A stretch of 60,934 nucleotides of DNA, counting the filler. It is 6 parts of 6 records of this genome, joined end to end, with 100 filler letters (N's around TTAATTAATTAA, not from the genome) between each part and the next. Parts side by side here need not be neighbours in the genome. Positions count along the whole stretch, not along the records: positions 41,221 to 49,249 come from SRR7504441_1995; positions 49,350 to 54,128 come from SRR7504441_1996; positions 54,229 to 60,934 come from SRR7504441_1999; 3 more parts are not named here. One strand, written 5' to 3'. The notes under the pieces are model-generated. The model was given only the letters and a program-made list of their open reading frames with translations. It did no database searches and had not been told where the DNA came from. Position 1 is the first letter of the stretch; each line of letters opens with the position of its first letter. Shown piece by piece: positions 44,301-57,200 of the stretch. Position numbers and translations under genes: made by a program.

Positions 44301-47300
44301 AGCATAGTCTTCATCGTGCTTTTCTGTCAGTAGAGGAGGGCTGTCGTGGATGCCTGGTGGATTCCTGGTCTCGTAAACTGTCATTGCGTTGAGGTTGGTG
44401 AATTCAGACGCAGGAAGATTGGTCTCTGCCCATTCGATTACTTCACTCTGCCTCAGTGTCTCTTGGGGGGGCTGTCCACTTGATTCTTTGACTTCGTCCA
44501 GGGCCAAGGTGACTTTGGTTGTCAAGCCACCATGCAGAGCAAAGTCTGCCATTTCGTCAATTGTGGTAGACGTCCGAGCACTGTATGCGACAGAAACAAT
44601 GAAGTGCCCTTCAAAGCATATCTTCTCCATATTCAGGATGACGCTCATTGTCTCGTCACCAAATATCTGTGAAAAGACCGACAAACGCTCGTCAGAGGTG
44701 CAAGAAGGTATCCCTTCCTCTGAGTAGCAACTGCCACAAATACAAGTCGCCTGAAGAGCTCTTGGGTAGAGCACATTATCCAAGAGGAAGTCAATCTGTT
44801 TTGCAGTGAAAACCTTTTGCAGTGTCTCAGGTGATTTTGAGTCTGCGGCCAACGTCATCAGAGTGCGGCAAGTCCTCAGTTCAGTGATTGCCCACTTGCG
44901 CTTCTCACCTAGGAAAGTGTCATCCCATTCTAGAATACCAAAGCCTAAGCAATGCTCTTTGAAAAATGTCAGGAAGGTATCCACATCGTATGCATAGGCT
45001 TTGCCTTGAGCAGAGGCAGGCTGCATTTGAGCAAGCTTGGCATTGAACAGCTTGGGGTCCCAGATTGGACCTTTCTTTCCACCCCGAGTGTGTTGGTTCT
45101 TATAATTCTGAGGTCCATCCCATGAGTTCTCAGGAATCTTTCTGTCAAAGCATTTTGGAAATGCACTCCATGCAATGCTATAGATGTTTTCAGCTGTGAG
45201 CAAGGCATCAAGCACATCAACTCCTCCTTCGGAGTTGTTTGCCCTGAGGTGCTCCTCAACATATTCCAACAAGATTGCCTCGATTTTATCAGCTGGGGTC
45301 ATGCAGACTGGTCTCTTTGCAACATATTTGTAATTGCCTGAAATCTTGTAGTTGATCCACAGCAGATGTGCCAAAGGTAGTGTAGAAAGCAGCAGCATCA
45401 CCAGGGCTGAGACAATCATTCCAATGCACATTTGAGCAGATCCGAAAAGGAAGTCAACATCAGGTAGCATGATTGCCAGAACTCCCCAGGTGAACAGGGT
45501 CAAGGATCCGAAAATGATTAGGAGCATTGGAAAGTTGGTTGGGATCACCGGTTGGGAAAAGTCAAATGTATCGCTTGTCTTATGTATTTGAGGGACAATC
45601 ACCGGAAGGAAGAGGACCGATGAATGAGACCACGAAAAGGTGTTTTCTGACAGGGCAAAGCCAACACCAATAAATATCAGGAACATGATGCCACAGAAGG
45701 CAGTTGCCGTATACATCACAACTTCAGCACCCCGGGAATGCGCATCCACTTTGTAGGCAATAATAGCCATTGTAGCACATGCACCACCAACTAGCAATAC
45801 AAAGATGACAAAACCAGAGATGTACTCCCAGTGGTCCACCATCAAATCAACACAATTGGTACAGTAGCCACCGTGGTTGTCGTCATCATATATCAACAAA
45901 TTACCTTCATCATCATGTATTTGCATAGCATGCAGAGTACTTGCTTTATTAGCTTGACTGGCAGCACCTTGATCAGAGGGGTCCTGATCTTGGTCCAAGT
46001 CGTCCAGCTTAAGATAGGTCAAACGCCGGTCTTGACGAGCTTCCATTCGCTTGTCAGTATGCTGGTCTAAAACACGGGTGGCAACTCGCTTGCACACATA
46101 CAAGAGAAACAGATAACCAAGGACAGCTGCAAGGATAGCAACCTCAGCACCAACAATGGTAGCCTTGGTATCAGAAGTTTCGCCCCACTGGTCCTTACAC
46201 CATTGGTACACACTGGCCAGGAGACCAGCAGCCGGCAACACCCAGATTTTGTCAACATTTTGCAGCAGCCAACCGTCTTCGTAGCCAACCATAGAAGAGC
46301 GCAAACCAATCAGAATCAAGTCCACCAAAAGGTACCATGCACAGGAAAAAGTGACCACAACCCAAGTTCCATCAGCGGCATATAGGATTGCATTCAGGAT
46401 GGCAACAAGTACGAAACCAATCAGTAGGAAATCATCCATAAAGGAGTCTGCCATCTTATGCGCCAACCCTCGAACAATGGGGAGAATACAAGTCAGACCA
46501 GCAATAACCCCAATCGCAATGCTGAGCCCCTCAAGAGCAGAATACCAAGCAATAATGCCTACAATCCATCCAACGAAGCAAGCAAACCCAATGAGGGTGA
46601 GGTAAATATTCATTTGGTCTCTGAAGCGCATCATACCAGTGCGCCAGGCCAACCAGCGTGAGCGGAAACTCGAATAGTCTGTAGAGGTCCAGAAATAATA
46701 CTTGTTTCGAGACCATGATTGGATCACAATGAACCAGCAGATGAGCACAACTGGCAAGAAGATCGAAAACAGGATGTTGCGCTTATTGCCTCTCTTGTCA
46801 CACCCAAGCCACTCTGTGTTGTTCCCAGGATCATAGGCAAGAACAATGCCGAAGAATCCAGACAACATGAACCCAAAGAAGGTGCCAACAACAGCTCCCC
46901 AATACCCTCTGAAGATTGATTCATTGTATGCTTCAATCTCTTCAATCTTTTTTCTGTCCAGACCTCCTAACTTGGGCCACCGGTTCTCTTCATTTGCAAT
47001 CACCGCAAGCTCACGGATACGATCTTCCCCGAGGAATGTGTGTTCACTGGAAGCTTGTGATAGCTGCTCCGAAGTCAATCGGTACCTGCAACGCTGCGCA
47101 GCTCTCTGAGCGGCAGCTCTTCCAGTAACTGCCATTGTCTTGAGCTGGCGGCCAAAGCCACTGCTGGTGAAGAAGCTGTGTGCCAAACATGCCCCGTAGA
47201 TGGCTGCTGCAATCTGCTGCTTCCGTGTAGCATTTACGGATGCTCCGCCTTGGTATTTTGCAGCTTTCTGAGCCTCCTTGGCAATGTACTCAACTCCCCA

Positions 47301-49249
47301 GTAGCACATCACACACAGTGTCCCCTTAAAAGCACGATTAATCTTCTGCTCTTTGCTGTCTGCCTCGTGTTCCAGGTCAGCAGCTACCTTGAACTGCTCG
47401 AAGGTGTTGGTAAGGACATCAATGACACCCCACTGTTGCACAAATGCAGCATCAAAGCCTTGCTGGCTAAATGTAATCAAATCCTGCAATTGCATCTTTC
47501 CGCCTCTTTTTGCAGCCAAGAGGAAGTCTTGCCACCTGTTCATGATGGCAACTGCTGCGGCCTCTCCTGCAACTTTTGGCTTTTCGCTTTCAAGCAGACC
47601 AGAATCGTCAGAGAGATCCTGCTTCAGAACATTATGAACAGCTTCCTCAACAGAGTCCTTTTCATGCTGCCTCTCACGAGCCATGTGATGCTGATAGGAC
47701 ATTGGTCGCGGATGTGAGATACTGCCTCTGGCGTTGCAGGCGATGTCCCGAGAACTTTCAGATTGCAGAGCACTCCTAACCTCCTCGCGCTCATTGTCCA
47801 AATCCTCTGACATCAGCATGTAATACTGCATGGCTCCGTAAACAAATGTCCAGACAAAAAACCCGAATGCGTATGCAGCCATCAGCCAAGCAATGTTGAC
47901 AGATCGGATGGAATTTGAGTAGCCAAAAGGCCAAATGGTGCGGTCAATTGGATCCGTGAGATACCACATAGCAATGCTGTAACTCTGCAGTCACACAACA
48001 TGATCAAAGCCTAATATGCAGCCCCACTCACCACATGGACTACTGTGAACAGAAACAGCAGTCTGTACTGCAGGATAATTTTGTAGAGGGTCAGTAGCCC
48101 CGCCTTGGAACTAGTCCAGCGCCGCTTGTCCCTGTGCTCTTGCAGCCGTGTCTTGGCTTGCTGTCTCTCGTCCTCTGACATGTCAACGCCAACTCTGGCG
48201 TTCTTGGGACGACGCTCCGAAGGCTCAGCTTCGATCCGCTTGCGCTTTTCGCTATCCTCTGGATAGTATTCATCCCCAATGACAGTGTACTTGCCAAAGT
48301 CCCTCTCTTGCTCGTAGCTGACCTCCAGAGCCTGCAATGCACCATCTCAGCCTGTGGGCTTGTGCTAATTGCCAACACCTTGCGCTCCGCAGTCTCGTTA
48401 TCGAGCCTCTTGATCTTGGCTGTCACAATCTCCAAGCCAGACCGGCGTGACGTCTCAGCCGACAAGCCGAACACAGCTGCAACCGTAAAGACCATGTTCC
48501 TGAGGCATGATGCAAACACGCCACTGTCACTATCTCTACGCTCCCGAATAAGAAGACGCTCATTCCGTAGCCATTCAGCGTAGCGCTCGTCAGTAACAAT
48601 CTGGACAACCTGGTTCTTCGGGACGGTCCAGAACCTGCCAGAGAAGATCTTGGAGAGTGAGCACGCAATCAGGATGAACCAAAACGGCTCGACAAACTCC
48701 CATGCGCCCTGCTTGTTGGCTGGGACGGTGCGGTCGTTCATCCCAAGGAAGACCACCAGCACTCGGAATCCGATAATGGTGGTGATTGTGAGGGAAAATT
48801 CGAGCACTTCCTGGGCCTGCAGGTAGTGCAGGTTGAACAAAGTCATGAAATCGACGATCAGCACCCATGGGAACACGTACATGGCCGAGGTGGGCCTCGT
48901 GTAGAGCCACTGTCCGGCAAACGCGTACGTGCAGAGGCAAGCGAAGTGCAGAAACATGACGAGGATGTACCTACCACTTGTTAGCAGGCCAGGCAGAAAG
49001 GGCGAATCACGTGGTGAATGGCCATCGGCCCTGGCCTCTGGCGGTGCCCTTGCAATGGATCTGGGTCTCATCGGCCTTCTTGTATAGATAATTGGTGATG
49101 TCGATACCAAGATCATCGCAGTACTGATACACGATCATGATCAGCAACAGCCCAGAGAGTAGGAGGAATGAAATTGCCATTTGCACGTCATCGTAAACAT
49201 CGACCGAGTTGGCTAGAATGAAGAAGAATGCACAGTACATGATCGCGAA
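41348..49249 (-). CDS. Giant polytopic membrane protein (>2300 aa), 5'-truncated, multi-exon; 3' end uncertain
   Basis: A 1989-aa exon plus upstream TM-rich exons (48011-49240) and likely downstream exons (41348-41916). Roughly 20 or more hydrophobic segments precede a ~1100-aa soluble tail. Confidence 0.8.
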
Positions 49250-49349
49250 NNNNNNNNNNNNNNNNNNNNNNNNNNNNNNNNNNNNNNNNNNNNTTAATTA
49301 ATTAANNNNNNNNNNNNNNNNNNNNNNNNNNNNNNNNNNNNNNNNNNNN
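49250..49349. other. Artificial contig-joining linker
   Basis: 44 N + TTAATTAATTAA + 44 N. Confidence 0.98.
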
Positions 49350-50020
49350 TTGCCACCGCCCTTGCCACCGCCCTTGCCATCCCTCCCCTGCCCGGCAGGG
49401 CCGTCGCCCTTCTGGCCCGCTCCACTCTTGGTCTTCTTCATCCGGGTCTGCGAAGGCAGTGGCATCAGCCCGGCGTCCTCGTCGTCGCTGCTGTTCTCCT
49501 GGCCGCGCTTCCGGGAGCCAATCCGGACCAGGTGCACCCAGAACAGGATCACCGAGTTGGCCGGCACCTTATCGTTCTCCTGGGACCCGTACGCCAGCTG
49601 CGACGGGACCACCAGCCGCCGCTTGCCCCCCGGCCGCATGCTCTGCACGCCCTCGTCCATTCCAGCCACCATGCTCTTGTCTCCGATCACGAAGCTCGTG
49701 CTCCCTTTGCCCAGCCGGGCGCCAGTCTTCATGACCGAGGCCACATACCGTACCGTCACCCTGTCCCCGGGCCGCGGGCACTGGTCCCCGCTCCCGATCT
49801 CCAGATCTTGGTATCGCAGCCCGCTCGGCAGGTTGACTGCTTTCCCCGGCTCGGCGGGCGCCGCGGGCTCGGCCGATTCGGCGGGCTGCTGCGCCGGGGC
49901 GGCCTGGCGTTTGCGCTTGCGCTGTCTGCGTGACTCGGGCTGACGCGGCGCCGGAGCCTTCTCCGCGGCCGGCTCGTCAAACACCAGCACCAGTGGGTTG
50001 CGCCCGCGCTTCAAAGCCAT
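49350..50020 (-). CDS. FKBP-type peptidyl-prolyl isomerase (basic, probably nuclear/nucleolar), 3'-truncated
   Basis: LPSGLRYQDLEIGSG...GDRVTVRY...GMDEGVQSMRPGGKRRLVVPSQLAYG...VPANS. NLS-like RRQRKRKR and a GKGGG repeat tail. Confidence 0.92.
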
Positions 50021-50177
50021 CTGGCGCACGCTACAGGTCATCAGAAAACAACCGTTGTAAACTCCGGCCGTTATTGTTAGCCGAGCGCCCCCCGATATCT
50101 CGTCGGCGGGGCAAGCTTGTCAGCGGGCTTAGTCAGCGGCGATGCGAGTGACCACACGCTCTGGAGGCCGGCCAGCC

Positions 50178-52286
50178 ATGGCGTCGGCCGGCTGGGGGCG
50201 ACCGACGAGGCTAGGCAGGATGCTGGGCGCAGTGCTAGTCCTGCACGGGTGTAGCGGGCTGCTGGCCGGGCCTGAGGTGCTGCTGGCCGGGCCTGAGGTG
50301 CTCCTGGCCCACTCGCTGGTCAAGATCCGACCCGAGGCCCGGCTGCCGACCGAGGCGGCGGTGCGCTCTATCAGCGCGGCCCGGGGCGAGTACGAGAGCC
50401 TGCAACTGGCGGTAGCCGGGCCGGCGGTCGTCACCGGGCTAGAAGTAGCGTTCCCTGGGGCAGCTGAGGGTCCGGCAGCGGTGCTGGTCCACCGGCAGCA
50501 CTACATCAACATCACGGTGGTGAGCAACTGCGACGGGGCCCAGGGCCGCTGGCCGGATGCCCTGGTGCCTGCAGTGGACGTCTACGACCGGCAGGCCCGA
50601 AGCGCGTTCCCAGTACGGGTGCAAGCCGGCTCGAACCAAGCTTTCTGGGTCGACGTGTACGTGGCCAACGACACGGTGGCAGGGACGCACGCGGGCACGG
50701 CGACCGTCCACCTGGACGGGACTGAGCCGTTAGTTCTGCCGCTGTCCCTGCGAGTCCGCAACTTTACGCTGCCTGCCATTTCACGCTACGCAACCAGCTA
50801 CAATTGTGGCATTCAAAACATCATCGACGGCAGATTCTTGGGCAAACCACCGAGCAATATCACAGCGGAGGAACGCGTGCACTGGCAGCGGCAGTACGTA
50901 GACCTAGGGCTGATGCATCGCGTTACCTTCAGCGATTTTCTCAATTCTGATAGCGCAGCGCTCGGCACTACACCCGAGCCGGACTGGGCCACTGTGGAGA
51001 GCCACTGGGCCAGATATCTGGGCACAGAGGAGCAAGCGGTCGACCTGCCTTTCGGTTTGCAGCGCACGAGGCCGACTACGATCCAGCTTCCAGCGCAGCA
51101 CTATCCCGGGCCACCGGTCAACGTCAGCGTCAACGCCAGTCTAGTCGACCGGCTGTGGCACCGGACCGGGTGCCTCAACCCGACCCCGCGCTGGGGGTAC
51201 TCTTACTGGAGCGGGCTGCCAGACTACGGAGTGCGCGACATGATGGTATATTGCTCTCACAGCGAGCAAGGCCTCGACGATCCTTGGTCCAGGACCTGCG
51301 CTCCAGTCGGGGCCAAAGTCAGCTGCGCCCCGCAACCCGACCCTCACGTTCCTCTCGGTCCGGCCAACAACACGCTCGCCGTCCGGTACTGGCAGAACGT
51401 AGCTGCCCACGCCAAATCGAGCGGCTGGTGGCCCAGGGTGTTTGACTATACGTGCGATGAGCCCGGCGCCGACGTTACTCGCTACCACGCCTGCCGTGCC
51501 CGTGCGGAAGCCATCCACAGCGCCGATTCAGGATTTCGGGTGATGATCACGGCCGAAAAGCCCTCGGCAGACTCGGTAAATATTAGCGACATGATTGACA
51601 TTTGGACCCCTATTATCAACTTTATGGACTCGAACGCATCGCTGTGCCAGTACAATCATTGGTATGACGGCAACAGGAGAGGGGACTACGCCCCGCTGGT
51701 GAAGGAAGGCAAGGGACTCTGGTGGTATCAGAGCTGCATGTCTGAGGGGTGTGCAAGTGCAGTGCAACCTGCGCATGGCTCAAGCGCACCCGGATGCAAC
51801 CCGGACGAGAAGTGCACGCAGGGCACGTGGCCGAGCTACATGATTGACACTAAGGCGACATTCAACCGTGTGATGTCTTGGATGTCATTCAAATACGATA
51901 TACGGGGCGAGCTTTACTGGGGCACAAACGCAGCAGACAGCCACTACACCGACCCCCGCAACAGCAGCTGGGAGACCCAGTGGTATGCTGGTGGGAATGG
52001 GGACGGCTCATTGACCTATCCAGGCCGGCCCGACCACATAGGCGGCACCAGTACCATCCCGATTGCCTCCATGAGGCTAAAGCACATCCGAGATGGGCTT
52101 GAGGACCTGGAATATCTTTATCTGTTGCAGGATGCCACCGGGAGCCGTGCTGCCGCTGAGGAGGTGGTTGGCGAGGTAGTGCAGCACGCGTATCAGTTCG
52201 AGCACGACCCAGCGGTGATGCTGGCCGCTCGGGCCAAGCTTGCTGACGCTGTGGAGCGCGCGATGTGTGGCTCTGCTTGTGTATAA
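50178..52286 (+). CDS. Secreted DUF4091 / GH123-like glycoside hydrolase
   Basis: Signal peptide, AARGEYESLQ, WPDALVP, FWVDVYV, YTCDEP (DE catalytic pair), GELYW, NGDGSLTYPG and SMRLKHIRDGLEDLEYL. Confidence 0.8.
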   Translation: MASAGWGRPTRLGRMLGAVLVLHGCSGLLAGPEVLLAGPEVLLAHSLVKIRPEARLPTEAAVRSISAARGEYESLQLAVAGPAVVTGLEVAFPGAAEGPAAVLVHRQHYINITVVSNCDGAQGRWPDALVPAVDVYDRQARSAFPVRVQAGSNQAFWVDVYVANDTVAGTHAGTATVHLDGTEPLVLPLSLRVRNFTLPAISRYATSYNCGIQNIIDGRFLGKPPSNITAEERVHWQRQYVDLGLMHRVTFSDFLNSDSAALGTTPEPDWATVESHWARYLGTEEQAVDLPFGLQRTRPTTIQLPAQHYPGPPVNVSVNASLVDRLWHRTGCLNPTPRWGYSYWSGLPDYGVRDMMVYCSHSEQGLDDPWSRTCAPVGAKVSCAPQPDPHVPLGPANNTLAVRYWQNVAAHAKSSGWWPRVFDYTCDEPGADVTRYHACRARAEAIHSADSGFRVMITAEKPSADSVNISDMIDIWTPIINFMDSNASLCQYNHWYDGNRRGDYAPLVKEGKGLWWYQSCMSEGCASAVQPAHGSSAPGCNPDEKCTQGTWPSYMIDTKATFNRVMSWMSFKYDIRGELYWGTNAADSHYTDPRNSSWETQWYAGGNGDGSLTYPGRPDHIGGTSTIPIASMRLKHIRDGLEDLEYLYLLQDATGSRAAAEEVVGEVVQHAYQFEHDPAVMLAARAKLADAVERAMCGSACV
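50258..50309 (+). repeat. 21-bp in-frame tandem repeat (2.5 copies, LLAGPEV)
   Basis: GCTGCTGGCCGGGCCTGAGGT twice, then GCTCCTGGCC. Confidence 0.85.
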
Positions 52287-52426
52287 ACGGCATGACGAGT
52301 CGGTCGGTAACGTTACATACCAGTCGCTCCCACACCACCGCATAACCACCGCATTCTCGGTATAGTACATGTATTATTAACCTTCCCCGCTTCTATAGAT
52401 CTGCATTGATGACTTCTCATTCGACT

Positions 52427-52454
52427 GACTGACTCTCGCAGACTGACTCTCGCA
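52427..52454. repeat. 14-bp tandem duplication upstream of the 52507 gene
   Basis: GACTGACTCTCGCA twice. Confidence 0.8.
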
Positions 52455-52506
52455 AGGTGGATCGCGCAGCCGTTATTCAGGTTGTGAGAAGCGCCAAAGC
52501 AGCAGC

Positions 52507-53898
52507 ATGCCGCGGGCCGTCGCGTCGGATGACCAATTCGGGGCCGGTTTCAAGTCCAAGAGCTACTACCATCCGCCAACCAACCAGAGCTACGGCCAAT
52601 ACGCCCGCTCCACCCCTCCGTACATTCCCAGGGTGCCCCGCGGGCGCAGACCGGCCGGCTCAGCCGGTGCAGGTGTTCAGTCCGGCCGAGGTCCAACCCA
52701 CGCCGGGCCGGCACAAGGAGCACGTCGGCACCCGATGGGGCCATGCCGGCGCCCGCGAGGAGGCCCGGGCCCTCTCAGCTGCGAAGGCGCCTCCTTGGCG
52801 ACTCGAGCCCCCGAACCGGCTGGGCAGGCCGAAGCTGTTGAAGACCGGCGGCGGCGTGGGATCCGGACGCGGCAGCCGGGCAAGGCTGAGCAGGTGGGGC
52901 GACGGGGCCGGGCGGGTCTGAGTGCGGTGGGCAGGACTGGCAGATGCTGACCGTGGTGGAGCGGGATGGGCTGTACAAGAGCTACGGCACCGGGGAGCAC
53001 AAGTCGCGTAATATGCCTGGTGAGAAGCACAACGGTTCGTCGATCCCGGCCAAGGGCAAGAAGCGGAGCGACGAGTTCAAGTGGCGGACGGTCCAGGCTG
53101 GAGCTGAGAGGGATTATCACGAGATGGTGCAATCAGGCCACTGAGCCCGCTGAACCCTGGGGGGGCAGAAAATGGCCCGCAAGCACAGCCCAGGAGACAC
53201 CCCGCTGGACTACGTGCGCGACTACAAGCACCCGGAGCAGACCTCGGCTCAGTACGAATGGGAGCAGAAGCGGCGCGCACGGAACGCCAACGGCAGCGCT
53301 GTGGCCGTCTCTAATCAGCAAGAGCGGTGGGAGGTGTGCCCGCCTGGCAAGCCAGGCCCGACGGCCGGGCCAGAACGAGGAGCGCTGCAAGAGCCGGCAG
53401 AAGGCGCTCAACCAGCGGCAAGTCCGCAAGCTCCAGCGCGAAGCGCACGAAGAAGCTGAGTTTGCTGCTGAGATGCATGCTAAGCAGGCAAGCAAGGCCG
53501 CCGAGTTCAGCCAGCCGCTCGCGCCCGTTCCGGCTCTACTAAAAGACCCCCGCCCGTTCTGCCCCCCGCCCGTTCCGGCTCCGGTGCCGTTGGAGGTTCT
53601 GCCGCCGCCGCCGCCTGCCGAGGTGTACCAATCGGAGCCTCTTGTGGTGGAGGCAGACGAGGCCTATCAAAGTGAGGGTGAAGAGCTTGGGGAGGATTAC
53701 TCTCCGATGCAGGATGCGCCTGGGGTGCACAGTCGGTACGCGGGTGACGAGCTGGAGGAGGATTACATGGAGATGCCGTACGCGATGGAGCAGCCCTTTG
53801 GGCCACCGTACATGTACGGCATGCCACCACCACCTTTCGGTCCGGTGCACCCGAGGTCTTTCAATCCCTATGGCATGAATCCGTACGGCTATTACTAA
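52507..53898 (+). CDS. Hypothetical low-complexity protein, multi-exon, with Pro-rich and Tyr/Gly/Met-rich C-terminus
   Basis: ORF pieces at 52507, 52457, 52944, 53172 and 52966 can be joined through ~40-nt GT-AG introns. Ends NPYGMNPYGYY*. Confidence 0.65.
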
Positions 53899-54128
53899 GC
53901 TTGGGCGCACACGTGTTGAGAACAAGTGCAATCAACGGTTGCTATCGTGAGGATCCGATGGGCTCGGTTGCAAGTTTGTCTAGTGTTTGAACATAATTTA
54001 ACATAAAAATAATATGAATCAACTGATTCAACTCATTGCACTTACATTGTACTTACATTGCACTGTAGGGCTATCGGAAGTATATGCACCACAATGGACG
54101 TAGGCAGTTGGACGTCTAGGAGGCACCC

Positions 54129-54228
54129 NNNNNNNNNNNNNNNNNNNNNNNNNNNNNNNNNNNNNNNNNNNNTTAATTAATTAANNNNNNNNNNNNNNNN
54201 NNNNNNNNNNNNNNNNNNNNNNNNNNNN
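54129..54228. other. Artificial contig-joining linker
   Basis: 44 N + TTAATTAATTAA + 44 N. Confidence 0.98.
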
Positions 54229-57200
54229 GGCTGCCGTGATCGCCTCCGTGAAATGGCCACCAGCGCGGCTCGGGTGGATGCCCAAGAGACGGCCCGGCAG
54301 CAGCAGCAGCAAGCTGACGCCGAGTTGGTGGCCTCTGCAGCGGCAGTCGAGCAGCAGCAGGCAGATGCTGCGGCGGCGGCCTCAAGGAAAGAGGTGACCA
54401 AGGCGGACAGAATCCAAGTTGAGACCAACGCCGAGGCCACGCAAGTTGGCAACTCGGTGGTGGAGCAGGCAAGCGGTTCTGAAGTCGAGGCCAAGCGGCA
54501 GCTCAAGGGGTCGGCAGAGCGAGTACGTATGGCGAGCCAGGTGGTGAGCAAGCTGGAGCAACGGCTGGCCGAGGTTCAAAGCAAGCAACCAGCAGCAAGC
54601 GTAGCCAAACAGAAGAGCGAAGCAGAGGTCCAGGCCGCCCAGGCCGAGCTGGGTGAGCTGGAGAAGGATGTGCAGTCTGCTGAGCAGGCACGCATCGCCA
54701 GAGGCAAGGCGCTGCAGGCCGAAGTGCGGAGTACAAACCATGCGAAGCGGATGGCGATCGTAGCTGAGGCCGCTGTGCAGCGTGCCAGCACCAAGCAATC
54801 CGAGCTCAAGACAGCGGAAGCCCAGATGGCCCAGCAGCAGATGAAAGCCAGAGCAACATTGGCCAGCAAGCAAGCGCAAGTCCGGAACGCGGAAGCAGCC
54901 AGTGCCACGGCGGAATCACGCATGCATGCGGAATCTGAGCAGACCCAAAGTGATACTGTTCGGATTGCAGCGTTGGGTGGTTCTGAGCAGGCCCTCGAAA
55001 AGCAGCTGGCAGAGGCCAGCCAAGAGGAGCAGAAGGCAGCGGAGGAGCGAGTGGGGCTCCAGATCAAGAAGCAGCAGGCAAGCGCCGAGCATAAGCTAAC
55101 CACGCAGGCTGCCAAGGAGCAGTCAAGTCTGGAACAGATAGAGCAACAACAGGCTGTTAGGGAGGTTGCACAGGCCACTGCCACACTTCAGAGAGCCAGC
55201 AGTGAGCACCAGCTAGCCAGTAGCAACGTGGTCAAGGCCAAGGAGCAGGACGGCGAGGCAAAGGCTGCTGCTGAGCGTGCTGAGCAGCGAGTGGAGCAGG
55301 AGAAGGTGCTAATGCAGCAGACTGGCACGAAAGAGCAAGAGGTTGAACAGGAAATCAAGCAAGCTGATATGAAACTCGAAGGCGAGCAGAATCGGCAGAG
55401 AGCTGAGCAACAGGCGTTGCTGCAGGCCAGGAAGAAAGTGCTATGGTCTCAAAACCAGCTGGCCCAAGTGTCAGAGCAGCTTCAACTCATGCGAGCTGAG
55501 AAACAATCAGATCAGCAGGCAGTGGCTTCAGCGGATGCAGCGGAAGAGAACGCCAAGGAGCAAGACGGTCACCAAATATTGGAACAGACAAGCACGCTGG
55601 CCAAGGCTAAAGACAGGCTTGTTACAGCAGAGGAGAAGCTCAAGGTTCAGCAGTCTAGTGGCGAGGCTGAGAGTAAGCAAAGTGTCTTGGAAGCTTCCCA
55701 GGTGCTAGCCAGTAGCAAGGCTCAACTACAAGACTGGCAGGGCACAGTCAGGGAGGCAAGGTACACAGCCAAGCAGGCAGCCAAGCAGGCAGCAAATGAT
55801 GCAGCCAAGGCCCAGGAGCTCCATGCTCAATTTGAACAAACCCAGACTGCGCTTGCTAGGGACAAGAACACCATGGCTCAGCTCGAGAGTCAGCTGGGTC
55901 AGAGCAAGAGCTCGCTGCAGTTGCAGCAGCAATGGGAGACCAAGGCTGAACAAGGAGTAAAGCAAGCCAAGCAGTCCCTGGCTGCAGAAAACAAGGCGGC
56001 CAGAAGCGCAGTTGAGAAGTCTGATCGGCTCAGGCAGAAAGTTGAGGAGCTGGAGAAGCAGCAGACTGGCTTGGAGAAAGAGGCCACTGCAAGCATGAAA
56101 ACCACAGCAGCTGCAGAGACCCAAAAGGCCAGGGCACTTGCCAAGGCCAAGCAACTTGAGGATGCCGACAAGGCAGCACTCAGGGCTGCCGATGTACAGA
56201 CCCAGATGGCACAGCAAATTGAAGAGCAGGCTCAGAAAGTGAAAGCTAAGATGGCAATTGCAGAGAATGAGGAGAGTATGAGCAGGCAGAAGCTTGCTGC
56301 TGCCAATAGAAAGAACCAGGAGGCAAACGATGCAACCATTGCAGCCAAGGATGCTGTCAAAGTTGGTATGCAGCAAGAAAAAACCGCTGAGGACGTGGTG
56401 GCACAGGCATTGAAAGAAGTGAATGACGACACAAGTGAATTGGGGGAAGAGCAGATCAAGGTTGCCAAGTTGAGCCAAGAGAGTAGGGAAGCAGAGCAAG
56501 CCTCTGAGATGGCTACAACCCGGGAATTGGCACTCAGCTCGCAAGCAGCTATGGAGCAGCAGCAGGCGGCCAAGCTTGACAGCAAAGCGGGCCAGGCTGA
56601 AGCCATGACCAGCAACGCCAATCAGCAGGCAGATGAAGCTGAGAGCAAGGTGAGCCAGTTGCAGCAGAAGCTTGGGGCTGAGAATCTCGCAAACTCCAAC
56701 AGAGAGAAGAAAGCCAACAAGGCAGCAAGCCAAGAGGCACGGCAGTCCACACTGCTGGTTGGTCTGCAACAACAATTTCAGGAGGCAAGCAATGAAGTTC
56801 AGGACGCTGATGATCAAGTCAATGATGCCACAACGACTCTTCAGACTATAGATCGTGAAGTGAACTCAGCCAAGAATGTTGTGGTATCAGCTAATGCTGC
56901 TGTGAAAGAGGCCCAATCCAAAGTTGCAACTCTAAAGAGTGAATATGCAGATGCCAAGAAGAATGCTGATGGGGCTGATCAAGCTTTCAAAGCCAAGTTG
57001 GCCAAGGAGGAATCTGACCAACGTACCCAGCTTCAGAAGGCGATCAGCAAGGCGCAGCAGAAAGCCCGTGCTATAACCCTCAAATCAGAGGAAGAAGCAG
57101 CAGCAATCAAGGCTTCCGCTGAGAAGGAGATTAAACAGGTTAGAGAAGATTACACTGATAAGATCCAAAATAGCAAAAATGCATTTCAAGACAAAAGTGT

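Noticed and set aside
55726-56817. Long antisense ORFs (also 6586..7371, 24327..24866, 28657..29298 and others)
   Set aside because: Shadow frames of GC-rich or low-complexity coding sequence with no recognisable motifs.
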